A stretch of DNA of 63,436 bases, filler included, from Rhabdomonas costata (taxonomy: Eukaryota): NCBI GenBank assembly GCA_019059605.1. It is 34 parts of 34 records of this genome, joined end to end, with 100 filler letters (N's around TTAATTAATTAA, not from the genome) between each part and the next. Parts side by side here need not be neighbours in the genome. Positions count along the whole stretch, not along the records: positions 46,724 to 48,490 come from JAHMHO010009341.1; positions 48,591 to 50,358 come from JAHMHO010009342.1; positions 50,459 to 52,226 come from JAHMHO010009343.1; positions 52,327 to 54,094 come from JAHMHO010009344.1; positions 54,195 to 55,960 come from JAHMHO010009345.1; positions 56,061 to 57,832 come from JAHMHO010009346.1; positions 57,933 to 59,699 come from JAHMHO010009347.1; positions 59,800 to 61,569 come from JAHMHO010009348.1; 26 more parts are not named here. One strand, 5' to 3'. A model generated the notes under the pieces. The model ran no database searches. It saw nothing but the letters and a program-made list of their open reading frames with translations, and had not been told where the DNA came from. Below, piece after piece: positions 47,534 to 60,387 of this stretch. Position numbers and translations under genes: made by a program. The first letter of the stretch is position 1. Each line of letters opens with the position of its first letter.

Positions 47534-50500
47534 TATATGGCTCTGTCTTCATGTATATTTTCTTTGGACCCGAAAGTACTTGTACAGTCAGTAAATATGA
47601 GGGGGAGTGGGGGGGAGGGGCGAAGTCGAGAAAGAAGGCCCAGGATGCTACCTTCCCCAGGCCCTGGGTTGACTGAGTTGAGTGCGGACCGGGTGGATCT
47701 TAAAGTGGGAGGGGCTTTGGCCACCGAATACAGATCTCCACAATTGGTTCTGTTTGTTCGCTCCACGTCTCTGTGAAAGTTTTCTTCCTTTCTCGCTCAC
47801 GTCTCAGAGCCCCGTCAGCACTGTGGACAGTACGTGTGAGAATTATGCGGATTGTTGTTTGCAGAAGCTTTTTTAACGAAAGCTTTATTTGTGTGGTGTG
47901 CTTACTGAGTTTGGTGAGTGGTTAGGTGGAGCATAATCGTTCCGTTTGCGTTTGGAGGCGGCAGAGTGCGTGGGTATTTTCACCACCACGAGGCTGTTTA
48001 TTTTTTAGGGCACCCTCGAGACGGGTGGAGGGACGGGCTTTTTTCAATTATTGTGTTTCCTTTGGATTGGAGCGGTGGTTTACGGTCCTGCTTGCTGAAC
48101 GTTTTTCCTGCTGCAATTTGTGAATGTGCGTTCAATTTGGCATGATTGTTTTGTACTAGCTGTGGAAACACCACTGAAGAGACCAGTGCGTTTTACTTTT
48201 ATACACGCTTCTCGGGCTTTACATGAAAAATTTGACGGTCCAGAAGAATGTCTTGGCCTGTTGAGTTATTTGGTTTGAAGTGGGTCGATTGTGCGGTCGC
48301 GGGCACATCCGGAAAACATTCATCTGTGCGGTTGATTGAAAGCAGACATGATTGCTGTTCGAAATGATATGTTTTTATGAGAGGTGGGTAGGGATGGGAA
48401 GATCTGCTTTTCATGAGTAATTGCTAACTTGTTTGACCGCGAGCCCCCCCCCCCAGAGGAAAGAGAGTGTGTAAATGTTTAAAAAACCCANNNNNNNNNN
48501 NNNNNNNNNNNNNNNNNNNNNNNNNNNNNNNNNNTTAATTAATTAANNNNNNNNNNNNNNNNNNNNNNNNNNNNNNNNNNNNNNNNNNNNGTGTGGGTGT
48601 GTTTGGGGTGGTGGTGAAAATGCACCACTGCAATTCTAGAATCAGTCTTCTACATCTCTCTAGTTCTGACAGGGAAAGTTTTTTTACTGCGACTTCGGTG
48701 CGCGGGAGACCCCAACATACGAGGGGTGGTCCCTTGCTTTGCTCAGGACCAATTTCGGTTTTGTAAATTGCTGGTTTACTGTATTGCATTCTGGCCTGAA
48801 CGAAGGCGGACCGTGCTTATACACCAAGAAGCTTTTTCTGGTGGTCGCAGTGCAACGTGCGTTCAAACGGGAGCAGGGCCAAAAGGGCAGCACTCAACGG
48901 GCATACACAGCCGCGGGGCGCAGAAAACGGTCGGAAAGCAAGCTTACATCATGGTTCCGAATGCAGGCGGTGCCCGTGGGAAGCAGAGAAGGCAATCAAA
49001 AAACAAAATGCAAAATAGATTGACGAGCAAGTTATAATTATCAAAATACCACGAGAACATGAAGCACCTGATATAAACACAAACAGCTAAATGGTGGAAA
49101 TGGCCAACGGGCGGCCCGATGAATTGATAGCTTCGACTGAATGAGTGATTAGCCGTCTACCTGGGAGGCCACTACAGAGCCGAGGTATGTCTGCCCTTGG
49201 CATCCTCCTCCATCTGACAAAAGAAAAAATAAAGGGTTGTGGAAAAATAAAAGTAAACGTTCGCGTTACGTGAGGTTAGTCGGGTGTTTAATTATCCAAT
49301 GTGCGAGTGAAGATAAGGTTGAAGAAAAGTCGAATGAGTAAAACAAGCACATCAGGATATCTTTATTGAATCCAGCGAGACGTTTCCAGCTAATCATGCA
49401 GCGAAACACCCATAATGATAACAGCCGTGGCGGTGGTGGACGAGACGGAGGGAGTTACTAATGGTTGTTATCATGTTATCGCTCTTCTAAACCTGTGAAA
49501 AGCGACGACCCCCCCCCCAAAAAAAAAACACCAGCTTTATGAGGGCACGCCTGGGGTGGAGGAAGCCCACAGCACGGTGTTGCTGGGACCTTGAAGCACA
49601 AGCATGCCGCAGTCCAAGAGGTCCAGCCTAGAGGGCCGCACCCCCGTGCACTTTGTGCACGCAAGGCCACTGCTCCAGACAATCGTTCCGGAGCTGCCAA
49701 AGAGAGGCAGAACAATGCACAGGAATCGTCAGGGGATTAGGGGCTGAAGAAACCCATTGGAATTGGTCCACCATTTCTGTGATCATCGCACCATCATCCG
49801 CGGGGGCCCATAGCAATATTGAAGCCATGCAATATTTCTCCAAACTTGTACCTCACACTATAAGGTTGGCGAACAGAACATGTCGCCAAGTAGCAAAAAC
49901 CACTACGTTGAGATACAACAAGCAGCGTGCAAGACACCGCAGTGGAGCAGCAGGGAGAGCGAGATGCAAACCACAGCACCCAGAAGAAGGGGAGTGGAGG
50001 GGTGCACCTGTGCCTTGTGACCAGGCCGATGGAGGGTTCCATAGAAAGCCCGAAGGATGGGGCCCCGGGTCCGTCCGCTCTGCCGTGCTGCCGGGCTCCT
50101 GGCGGGCAGGGGCCAGACGACCACAACACTGTGTCCACGTCTCTCGCAGAGTCATTGCCGCCCGTGAGGGAAACCTCCAATGAACCGCAAGCGGTGAGGC
50201 AAGCGAGAGAGTGCCCCTCTGGGGAGCTGAGGCACTGTTGGGAAAATAGCACCTCAGACGCGGACAGGCTGCTGCAGGGCAGACGCACTGCACGCGCGCG
50301 TACAGTCCCACACGCTGCGCACACACATATCCCACCCAATTATATTTACCCCCAAAAANNNNNNNNNNNNNNNNNNNNNNNNNNNNNNNNNNNNNNNNNN
50401 NNTTAATTAATTAANNNNNNNNNNNNNNNNNNNNNNNNNNNNNNNNNNNNNNNNNNNNGGGGTGGTGGGGGGACCTACCGGAAGCGCAGCGGGTTGCGAA

Positions 50501-51644
50501 TTACCCGCCGAGGAGTGGTGAACGCGTTGCTAAACGCCGCCATGGTGGGAGGAATGCTGGCGCTGGCGATTTTGTAAACTCTAACGGGGTGCTACTCAGG
50601 CACACAAGGCTTCCCTTTTTACGGGTTCGCCTCTGACCTGGGGGTTGGGTTCTTTGTGTGCATATGTGGGGTGCGCTTGTCGGGCGTCAGTTTCTGAGCC
50701 AATAGTGGTGGATACCTTCGGGTTCCGCCCTTTCTGTGGATGGGGTCCTCAACTCCGTCTGTCTGTGTTTGTCTTTGCCTCTTTCTAGCCGTATTTTTTT
50801 TGTTCTGTGTTGCGTTAGGTCCCGCTGCGTTTGACTGTGTGCTTGAGGATCCACTCTCTCTGGAAGTCTTCCCTATGCAGTGGCCGAAGTTTTCCAGCAG
50901 CAGCAGCAGCAGCAGCCAGGGGAGCTTCAGAGTCAAAGAGGTACTTTGTGCGAAGCCAAATGGCGACCGCGTGCTGCTCCGCCAACTCGAGCTCTCAAGT
51001 ATTCTTCGACCTTCGGTCCTGAGTCCTTACTTTTGCGTGACCCAAGCGCGCGCCGCACACCAACGCCAGTGGGTAGCGGAAGACCAAGTGGGACGGAAGG
51101 CCCACCATGTCGAACGTGGAATAGGGGTGCACGGCGCACGGGGTGGACGGATGAATAGAGTAGGAGTTTGGTGGCCCGAACTTCTGGTGGTTTTAATCAT
51201 TTTTAAAGTCATGAGCAGTGCTCAGCAGAGGGAATTTAAGCTCATTGTTTCTGGAAGACCTCCTTTCCTCGCCCACAAGCTTTTTCGTCCCAAATCCGTT
51301 TCTGTAGTTAGTGCGTTGCCTTTTTCGACTACCGTGTGTTATTTCCAGGCGCTGGCTTTCAGCCAGTTTTCCCCTCTTGCCTACATTTTTTTGTGTGCGC
51401 ACACTCTCTTCTGCTGTGTTTATGTTTTTCGGTTAGCGGCTTTCTCCAGCTGCTTTCCATGCACGAGTGGTGGTGCGGTGGTGGTTTGCGAGCCAAGCTT
51501 TCCTGATAGCGAGATTCTCAGAGCGGAAAGGAGGGGATTAACGAAATGTAGTCAATTGCTGACCTGACCTAGAGGAGGTTGCCAGGACATGGAAAACTTG
51601 TTTTCGGGTTGGAGCTGTGACTTTATGAAAAGGAGGTACTTTGA

Positions 51645-51982
51645 AGAAGCCCCCCCAAGAGAGTTCCGACTTTTCTTTTGGTCGCCACCACTTCTTTTTC
51701 AAGGGGGCAGCTAGCAGGGTCAGATGCACGAAGCCGACTTCACTGATGGCAAGTAATGTTTTTGTACTAGCGAGCGACATGGTTGTGATATTTGACAGCG
51801 GTGAGCCCCCCCAAGAGCTGATTCACTTTTTGGTCGATTCCAAGTTTGGGTTTTGCCGGACCACGTCTTTTGCTTTTTGCCAAGCAGCGACCGGAATTTC
51901 GGGACTGACGCCGCCGCTGTCTAGTGGGGCGCTTGCAGCATCAGATGCGCGAAGCCGATTTCACTGATGGCTAGTATTTTTT
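51645..51982 (+). repeat. Degenerate local direct repeats
   Basis: gccccccaagag...ttttggtcg at about 51649 and 51805, and cagatgc.cgaagccga.ttcactgatggc.agta at about 51721 and 51942. Confidence 0.7.
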
Positions 51983-52926
51983 GGGGACCACATTAATTTT
52001 TTGAGTCAAGAAAATCGTTGTTGATGCATTAATAATCCGATCCATCATTAATGCCTTTACCGTATCAGCGTCGCCAACGTTTTCGCACCCCTAATGAAAA
52101 AACGACGCCGATATACTCTTGAACACCACCACCCTTCAAAAAACCCTCAAAGTGAGAACGTCTCATAAAAAGCCCTTATGAACAGCATAAGCAAAAAGGA
52201 TCAACAAAAAAACCAAACACCCAACCNNNNNNNNNNNNNNNNNNNNNNNNNNNNNNNNNNNNNNNNNNNNTTAATTAATTAANNNNNNNNNNNNNNNNNN
52301 NNNNNNNNNNNNNNNNNNNNNNNNNNTAGTTTTGTTTTCCTTGTCTGGGATGTCTTTTTGCCTCGGAGCGCAGCGAAGCGGCCCAAGATCCCAGGTGCTA
52401 GTGCACTGCAGTCTCCGAAGTCCCCGAGGTCCCCGAAGTGAGTAGATTTGGTCTCGCAGGGGATTACGCGCGGTGTATCCCCGAGGTGACCGGTTATCCT
52501 ATTCTGGCAGCTCTTTTTTTTTTGCAGTGCTATAAAGCGCGCTATAAATTCTTGGAATTTTTACATCGTTGTGAGTGCTGTGGTAAACCCTCCGCTGCGG
52601 CGGGCAAGAAGCGGCGCAAAAGGTTTACGAAAGAGCCGCCCAGGGGCACCACCACCTTCCGAGGGTGAAAGGTCGGGACTCTCCTGACTTCATGGACCGG
52701 CCACGCAGCGTTTCGGGTGTCGGGAGGCCTGCTGTATATACAAAAGACCCCAGGCCTGCTTCGGCTTAGCCCTCTACAAGGGCATCATCATAGCGACCAT
52801 AGCGATTTTTTTCTTATATCACTGCTATAAAGAGGGGGGGGGGTCGGCCCAAAATCATTGTTAAGTCGTCGAAAAAGGCGCTTCTTGGGTGTCACCAACC
52901 ACTCCTTCCTTCTCTCCTGTTTCCAG

Positions 52927-53933
52927 GCTGTACTGGGAAAGGCTCAATACCTGGAGATGAAGAAGGATTACAACGCTGCCCTGGAGCTCCTGAACAGGGT
53001 GAGCTGTGAGCTTTCCTCGGCGTTGCCGACACTGTTCACTTCAAACCTCTCTTCGCCTTGGATTTGTTTTGCTTGCAGGCTGTGGTTTACTTCCCGACTT
53101 TTATTCCTGCGCTGATTGTGAAGGCCAAGATTCTGATCAAGGCCGGTGACTGGGAGCACGCCTCGGAAATCGCGCAGCGCGTGCTGAACAAGGTGTGATC
53201 AGGATTTGCATGTTTGGGATGTTGGATCGATAAAAGCAATTGATTTGTAGGGACGGGTTTCGGACGACGGGGGTGTTTGGAGTTGCCTGTTGGTGTGAAA
53301 TTTCACGGTTAATGGAAAACAATTCCCTCATATCTTCATCGCAGATCGTCTTGCCTTCAATTAGATCGATAGATAGAATTAATAGATAATAGTAATTAAT
53401 ACATAAATAGAATTAATAGATAGATTAATAGATAGAGGTTAATGGAGCGCAACACTCTCGAAATCCAGCGAAGAAAACATGGTTGTTAAGCAAGAAAGAT
53501 TTCATGCTATTGCTTTTCTCGATGTGGATGTGATGAGGCCCAAGAGATAGCTGTTGTTCCGGTGTATTGCAGGGGCACAACTTGTGCTTCCTTGATTCGC
53601 TCACGCGTGACGCGTGTGTGCAGACCCCATCCAACCTTGAGGCCACCCTGCTGAGTATCCTCTTTCTTTTGGTCCGCGAATGCCGGCCATCAGTGGTGGT
53701 CTCCGGAATCACCGATCTGATGAAGGTTCTGGCTTTTCGATGAAGTTGGAACCATTTTTATTCGTTGATTTTTCACCCGAGGGTGCGCTGGAATACCATT
53801 CGCTGAAGAATCAAACTTCCACTTCCGCGTGAAACTTTCATTCACAGCTGATCGACCAGCAGGAGCCAAAGAACCCACGGCTTTACTACAAGATTGCGCG
53901 TGCCTTTGCTCGGCTGTCAAGCGGAAACCCGCA
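52927..53933 (+). CDS. IFT139: Intraflagellar transport complex A protein IFT139 (TTC21B), internal exons
   Basis: Exons 52927-52998, 53079-53192, 53624-53725 and 53848-53933 give AVLGKAQYLEMKKDYNAALELLNR|AVVYFPTFIPALIVK...GDWE...|...NLEA...RE...|LIDQQEPKNPRLYYKIARAFARL. Confidence 0.9.
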
Positions 53934-55818
53934 GTATGCGTTGCTTGGTTTTTCTTTGCTGTGGGCAGCGCCGTTGTCTTGCCTCGACCTCATCCGCTTC
54001 TTTTTTTGTCGGTGCAAGTGTTTGTCGAGGTTCGCGGGGCATTCCTCAGCTGAATTTGGCCTCACCCCATGCTTTCATTCTGGGACCACCCAACNNNNNN
54101 NNNNNNNNNNNNNNNNNNNNNNNNNNNNNNNNNNNNNNTTAATTAATTAANNNNNNNNNNNNNNNNNNNNNNNNNNNNNNNNNNNNNNNNNNNNGGCTTT
54201 TACGCTTCGTCCGTCTTCGCTGGGGTATCACTTTCTCAGCTTTCCTGGGACATGATAGTCCATCTCTCCAAGAAACTTGCTCAATCAAGAAACTATACCA
54301 CGGTGACACGCCTCAAAGTACTTTACCACGCTGACACGGTGGGGGACGGGGCACATTGTGATCGGTTAAAAAGCTAACTTCGACGACCGCTCACTTTTCC
54401 ACACCTGCCTGAAAGCAGAGAACGCCGAACGCGGCCCTCTCCCGTCTGTGTTCTTCCGCTCGTCGTTGCGCTTCCTTGGGCGCACGGCCGCCCAATGATC
54501 CTCACCCCACCGTAAAACAAGCTTTTTTTGCGGGAGGCGACGAACGACGCTCGCCCGTCCTCTTGCGATCTCCGCTCGTCTCTTTGTGTCTGCAGTAGCT
54601 GCTGCGCTCCTTGTCCCCGCGGGGGAACCATTTTTGCTGCGCCGAGTATTGGCAAGAGCCGGTCAAGTAGCGCGAAGAGGCTGAAGACCCCACTCCCGAC
54701 AAGTTCTAAGAGGAAAATGCGTTTTCAGTTTCAAAAGCATGTTTATGTGACACATTTAAATAAGCACAAATGCAAAATGCAACGCAAATGGGGGGGGGGG
54801 GGTAAAAAAACATTTCAAAATTTTCAATATTATCAAGTTTCTTTTTCGGAAACTTCTGATTAGCTTTTCTTTAGAATATATTTCTGATTCGCGAAACATC
54901 AGCTTGAAGCAAAAGGGGGTGCCCACAAACAAATGGGATAGTGCTTTGCCACTTTGCGTGATTTAGGTAATCGTACCCGTAAAGCAGAGGTACCTACCAT
55001 GTTTCTTCGAATTTCATGTGCGGATTTCTGGGGGGTTTCCCCGTTTCATTCTTGATTTATTGACGCCGAAACCCAGATACTTCGACTTGTAGCAGAGTAT
55101 CAGTTGCAAAACACTGCCACCATTGCTGCCTGGTTTCGCCCCCCAAAGCACGTTGCTGCCGACATGTCGGAACATATCGGAAGGAGGGGGCTTCTCCCAA
55201 CCTGAGCAAAGTGAGTGGGCGTTCAGAAAAACAAACGAAATTTTTTTGTCTGCTTGCTTTGCTCAACCCAGAGCGCGATGCTGCGAATTCGGCGTCTCCA
55301 CTTTGCTGCTCCCAAGCGAGCGGTCTTCCAACTGCGCGCATTCCAGCTACTGTGTGTGGTGAAGAAAGCTTCTGAGATTCTCTCTAGTTCGTCGGGCACG
55401 GGCTTAGCTTTCAGACTGCTCGTGAAATTGCCCCCACCCCCCAACTGATCATCCTTACTTCAGACTCCCCAGAACGGGGCTTTTATTAGGAATCTCGACA
55501 GCAAGGCCGACAAGGGTGTTTTCATCACGTCTCCACGAAAAAGTGCCCTGCGCTCCCTTTTTGTTGGCCTGGTCGGTTTTGCTCCACCCAGAGCACAGGT
55601 GAAGAGAGGTGAAGAGGAGGTGGTGTCTTCTTCCAAGTGAGGAGTATGGACTGGTGTTGCTGGCCACCTGACTTGTCGGCGCGCACTTCCCCCCCCCCGT
55701 TTGGTCCCGGGGCGACTCGGGGCAACTGTGCCCAGCCCGCAACCCGCTCAAAAAAGTTGGCTTCTTCCCGCAGCTCTTCTCGCGCCTCTTCGCCTTTTCG
55801 CCTCCCTCACCCGCCAAG

Positions 55819-55943
55819 ATGAACACCCGTGTTCTCCGAGTGGCCCCCGTTGTGGTGCGTGGCGTGCGCTTCGCCAGCGCCAGCGCGGAGTGGAACGGCA
55901 CCCTGAAGCAGGGCAAGGGCACCATCAGCGTGCCCAGCAAGGC
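55819..55943 (+). CDS. OsmC-family peroxiredoxin N-terminus with putative mitochondrial presequence (truncated by contig end)
   Basis: MNTRVLRVAPVVVRGVRF (Arg-rich, no acidic residues) is followed by ASASAEWNGTLKQGKGTISVPSK, matching the OsmC start AxWxGxLKxGKGxxS. The catalytic Cys residues are not captured. Confidence 0.72.
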
Positions 55944-56636
55944 GTGTGCTGCCTGCAACGNNNNNNNNNNNNNNNNNNNNNNNNNNNNNNNNNNNNNNNN
56001 NNNNTTAATTAATTAANNNNNNNNNNNNNNNNNNNNNNNNNNNNNNNNNNNNNNNNNNNNACGTGACGCTGATGCTGATGTCGATGCCTACCACTGCTGC
56101 TGACACGCTGATGTTGAGCGTAGGGTAAGTTGAAAGAGTGAGTGGGTGTCAGACGCGATGCCAAGCTGAGGGTGAGAGTGTGGATGTTGGGATGTTGGGA
56201 TGTTGGGTGTCAAGGCGTAAGGTTGATGCTAGGGTAATGGTGTGATGGAAGGGTGAGTGCGTAGGGAGTCAGGGCGTAAGGGTTGATGGAGGGATGGAAG
56301 CATGGGGTGTAAGGGTGTAGAGGGGTTGATGGTAGGAAGGATGATGGATGAATGCTGCCTCAGATGCTGGGATGCTGCCTTCATGCCTTACCTCGATGCC
56401 TTCATGCTATGGTAGGGGCTACTCGATGCATGGATGCTACCTCGGCATTTGCAACCCGCACTATCAATTTCGTGAGGGCCGGAGATTGCAAGCGGGGAGG
56501 GGGGAGGGAGTTGCCGCATCGAAATGCACTGTCGGGCCTTTATACCAAGAAAGGATCTAACAACTGCTCATGGAGCAAGACCGACACTCCATCCCCTGAT
56601 GGCTTGTGCGCCGGGGCATCTGCGTCTGATGCATAC

Positions 56637-56919
56637 CCTGGTTGGCCACCTCGAAGGTGGCGGTTTTCTTGGTTCCAAACAGGCAGGGCCCGAAGTTCAG
56701 CCCGTGGCTGGGGGTCAGGAGGTACTTGTTGAAGAACGCCTTCACGGAGACCGGGATGGGCGCAGAGCCGATCAGCTCCCCAGACTTGGGCTCGGTGAAC
56801 CGGATCTCGCAGTCCGGGCTGCTAGTCAGCACGACCTCCTTCCGGGTCGCGAATAGCATCTCCACCTTGGCGCTCTCCCGGGGCTTCAGCACGCCCTCGC
56901 TAGGCTCCAGCTTCAGCAC
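56637..56919 (-). CDS. HYDIN: HYDIN-like central-pair protein, one internal exon
   Basis: cag|VLKLEPSEGVL...IPVSVKAFFNKYLLTPSHGLNFGPCLFGTKKTATFEVANQG|gtatgc resembles the HYDIN ASH-repeat junction (FSKYxIxP...NFG...GTRK...FxIENxG). Confidence 0.82.
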
Positions 56920-57045
56920 CTGTTGGGTGGTGTGGTGGTGGGACAACACCCCTAAGGCACATTCGAAGGCTCAACCAGACCCTCTGTACTAAGTCATTGT
57001 CCAAATGTTCCACCGCTATCGGTTCCCCTCTACTGCGGACACACC

Positions 57046-57048
57046 ACA

Positions 57049-57093
<45 letters not shown>

Positions 57094-57192
57094 TCACTCA
57101 TTCACTTGGTGCACTTGGCAAGTTTTTTCTGGGGAGGACTCGAGGTCCACTTCCCCCTTGGGCTCCCACCTTTCGATGGGGCATGGGCCCAT
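57046..57192 (-). repeat. Dispersed repeat with (TG)n tail, copy 2 (in HYDIN intron)
   Basis: Shares the 33-nt core and the (CA)n run with 14145-14268. Confidence 0.85.
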
Positions 57193-58418
57193 GGTACCTG
57201 GTCCCGCTGTCTTGTCACGTAGGGTTGGTTTACCCCATGTGACCCCCGATCCACAGTGTAAGCAGGGCCTTAGGGAACCTCTCACACACCACGCTTGGGC
57301 GCACAGTCATCACTCTCTCGCCTCATTGTAACTATATTGTGCACCTCATCCCTTCGTTACACACCACCACCAGGACGGGCAGCAACTTACTCCATTCCGT
57401 CGACCATGGGGCCCGAGAGACGACTGAGACATCGAGTTGGGAAACATGTGCCCGTGACGGAAATAGCTGTATAGTCATAAAAAAAACAAAAGCAATGCAG
57501 AGCCACATCCGCACCGTATCCTCAACGAACTTCAGATTGGGCTCCTGATTATTTGGCTCCTTTTTGACATATCCCTGTGGACAGTGGGATCTCGCCCACT
57601 ATTGGATGCAGGGGTTTGTGACAAAACGGAACACTTTTTTTTTGACTTAAGACAGGGTTCAGGGAGAAAAAAGTGGTACTCCCGTATGTAATCACCGATG
57701 TGAGTAGTTACGTACACAAAGAAGGGTTCGCAAGAAACTTTTGAAATGCTTTGTTGACCCCAAGGGCCACATGTAAACCGAAAAACCAGGGTTGAAGCGC
57801 AGCAAAGGTAAAATGAGGCATTACCAACAAAANNNNNNNNNNNNNNNNNNNNNNNNNNNNNNNNNNNNNNNNNNNNTTAATTAATTAANNNNNNNNNNNN
57901 NNNNNNNNNNNNNNNNNNNNNNNNNNNNNNNNGGGGGGGGGTAGCTGCGCGGGAGGGCGGTGACGGTGAGGGTGCCCGAGGAAGTGATGCGAAAGGTAAA
58001 TTTCTTCGCTTCACCAAGAGTGTGCGTGTGTGCGTGTGTTAGGAGAAAACGGTTCAGTCTTAAATGCCCAGTCTGGAAGGTCGTGAGACTGAACGATAGA
58101 TGTGTGCGGAGAATGCCGATAGAACTGCAAAAAGGCAATGCCGGAAGCCGGAAGTAGGGGCCGCAGCCCCTAACGTGTGGTTAAGCCTTTCTGTGCCATT
58201 TCGTAGTAGTATGGAGGAAAAGTCACAGGGAGCGAGGCTTCTCCGGAAATTCGGAGGGTTGGTTGCCATATAGCAAGGTTTGCGGTCAATTAGCCTTGTT
58301 AAGCGATCCACTGCAAACCCAATTCTATGCAGAAATCACCTGCGAGAGCGTAAGGACCCGACAGATACACCCGGCGGAAAGAATCCATAACACCCACACC
58401 AACGCCACCGAGGCATAC

Positions 58419-59266
58419 AGTGGAGTGTGGTAGGCGCCCGGGGTGGGGTCCCGGGTCTGCCGCAGAACCAGCAGGCACAGCACGGCCAGCCCGTAGAACA
58501 GGAACACGCAGAAGCTGAAGTAGCTGATCAATACCTTCAGTGCCCCCGCGCAGGTCGCGATGCACACCCACCCGCACTGCACCACAAGGGCCCGCGTCGG
58601 GGCCTTGCTGCGGGGGTGCAGGTGGTGAAACCAGGACGGCCAGATCCCATCGGCGGCCTAAAATGCAAGTACAGAGTGAAGCGGATTACATTGGGGCAAT
58701 GCTCCCAGGTTTGCGGGCGAGACCTGTCTTTCGAGCAATGATAGTAGATGGGAGCTGCACACAGTCCACAATGGCCCGTCCAAAAAAAAGCGAAGACACC
58801 ATTCGGTCCACGGGCATGTACTAATTCACATTAATTAATTAAAGCTCTGTCCCTGGAGCTCTTCACGTGGACGTGGTATTTAGAGACCCCTTTGGATCTA
58901 AGTCTGCTCACGATCCTGTAGCGTTTACCCACCCAACCAAACCACCCATCTATAAGCACATACAGCGCGGTAGTAGATCTGTGAGCCCGTCAGGATGGAG
59001 CCGTTCAGCGCCCCCGTGCACGAGATCGAGATCGCCACCCCGACTAGAACCTGCCCCAGCTTGCCCAGCACGCGCTGTCCCAGAGCCACGGCCACCACCG
59101 GGGAGTGCGCCACCACGGCGGGGTCCAGGCTGCCCAAGTAGATTAGGGTCACGGTGAGGTAGATCGCGACGATCGCGCCCACCCCGTAGGCGATGCATCG
59201 TGGAAGGGTTCGCTGGGGCTTCTCCAGCAGCCCGGTGGCGTAGTTCAGGCCGTTCCAGCCGTCGTA
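58419..59266 (-). CDS. APC-superfamily amino acid permease (LAT/SLC7-like), internal exons
   Basis: Exons 59266-58964 and 58657-~58419 give YDGWNGLNY...EKPQRTLPRCI...SCTGALNGSILTGSQIYYRA|AADGIWP...APTRALVVQ...LLVLR...YHTPL. Confidence 0.9.
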
Positions 59267-59799
59267 CTGGATTTAAAAAAGGGGCTGGAAGCCATCCTAC
59301 TGCGCACCATGGGTTCCCTACTCATTCCCACCCTAGAGCTTTCTGCCTTTCTTCCCCCACGAATTGCCTTCTTTCCCTATTGCCCGTCTCCCAAACGCCA
59401 CGAGTTTCACATTCCCTAACATGGACGATAATATAATGTGATCCAGCCTGGAGAGTGACACATCGGTACCGCCAGACTATGGTGGCGCCGTGAGTTGACC
59501 TTAACGGGGCGACTCAGACGCGCCTCACCAGACTACACTCTCTTTTCTGTCACGCCCGAGATCAGTCCCTGTCATTTCCCTGATTCACCCCCCCCCACAC
59601 ACACACCGCGATGGCTCATTCGTTTTGCGGAAGTGGCTGTCTTCGCCAGCCACATGGGACACAAAGCCTGCGGTACCCCACCCCTGACGACCCGCTTTCN
59701 NNNNNNNNNNNNNNNNNNNNNNNNNNNNNNNNNNNNNNNNNNNTTAATTAATTAANNNNNNNNNNNNNNNNNNNNNNNNNNNNNNNNNNNNNNNNNNNN

Positions 59800-59833
<34 letters not shown>

Positions 59834-59896
59834 ACGTGTATGTGTGCGTGTGTGTGTATGTGTGCGTGTGTGTGTGTGTGTGTGTGCGTGCGTGTG
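59800..59896 (+). repeat. Interrupted (TG)n microsatellite
   Basis: Seen directly. Similar CA/TG tracts occur at 19933, 23295, 27782 and 27890. Confidence 0.95.
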
Positions 59897-60387
59897 CCAA
59901 TTCATGCACACAAATCAGTGCGTGTGTGCGTGTGTGTGCCGCTGTAGCGCCTTGTGCAAGGCGTGAAGTCGTGCGGCGGTAGAGCACACACTGGACTATC
60001 ACATGAACGCATTCCCCTGGTCACCTCTGCGAAAGGAAAGGATGCTATTCCATCCATACAAACCACTCTCTGTATATATGGATATGTGGGTTTCACTCTT
60101 GGGTTGTGCCCAAGAGGCTCCACATTCGCTTCGACGCGAGCACCTGCTCTTTATTAGAAGTGGAAAAGGAGTTAGGTGTGCATGTGTCCGCCCCCTCTGC
60201 CACCATCTAGGTCCATTGTACTTTAACCAGAATAGTCTGAAAACGAATTTTGAAAACAGCAGCAAACCGCCCGATCATCTTTGCCGCCAGCGTATAGCTG
60301 ACAAGCAGAGAGTGATCCAAGGCGCCAAGCTGGACTGGATTCGCCTGCGTGTACGGCGTGTGCGGTGTGGGGGTGGGCATTTCTCAG

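Noticed and set aside
49178-49184. Possible 7-nt micro-exon (ctacag|AGCCGAG|gtatgt)
   Set aside because: There is no recognisable host protein to test the frame, and it could be chance.
58831-58842. Internal TTAATTAATTAA as a hidden contig join
   Set aside because: There are no flanking Ns, and the permease exons on either side splice in frame, so it is a chance AT-rich intron sequence.
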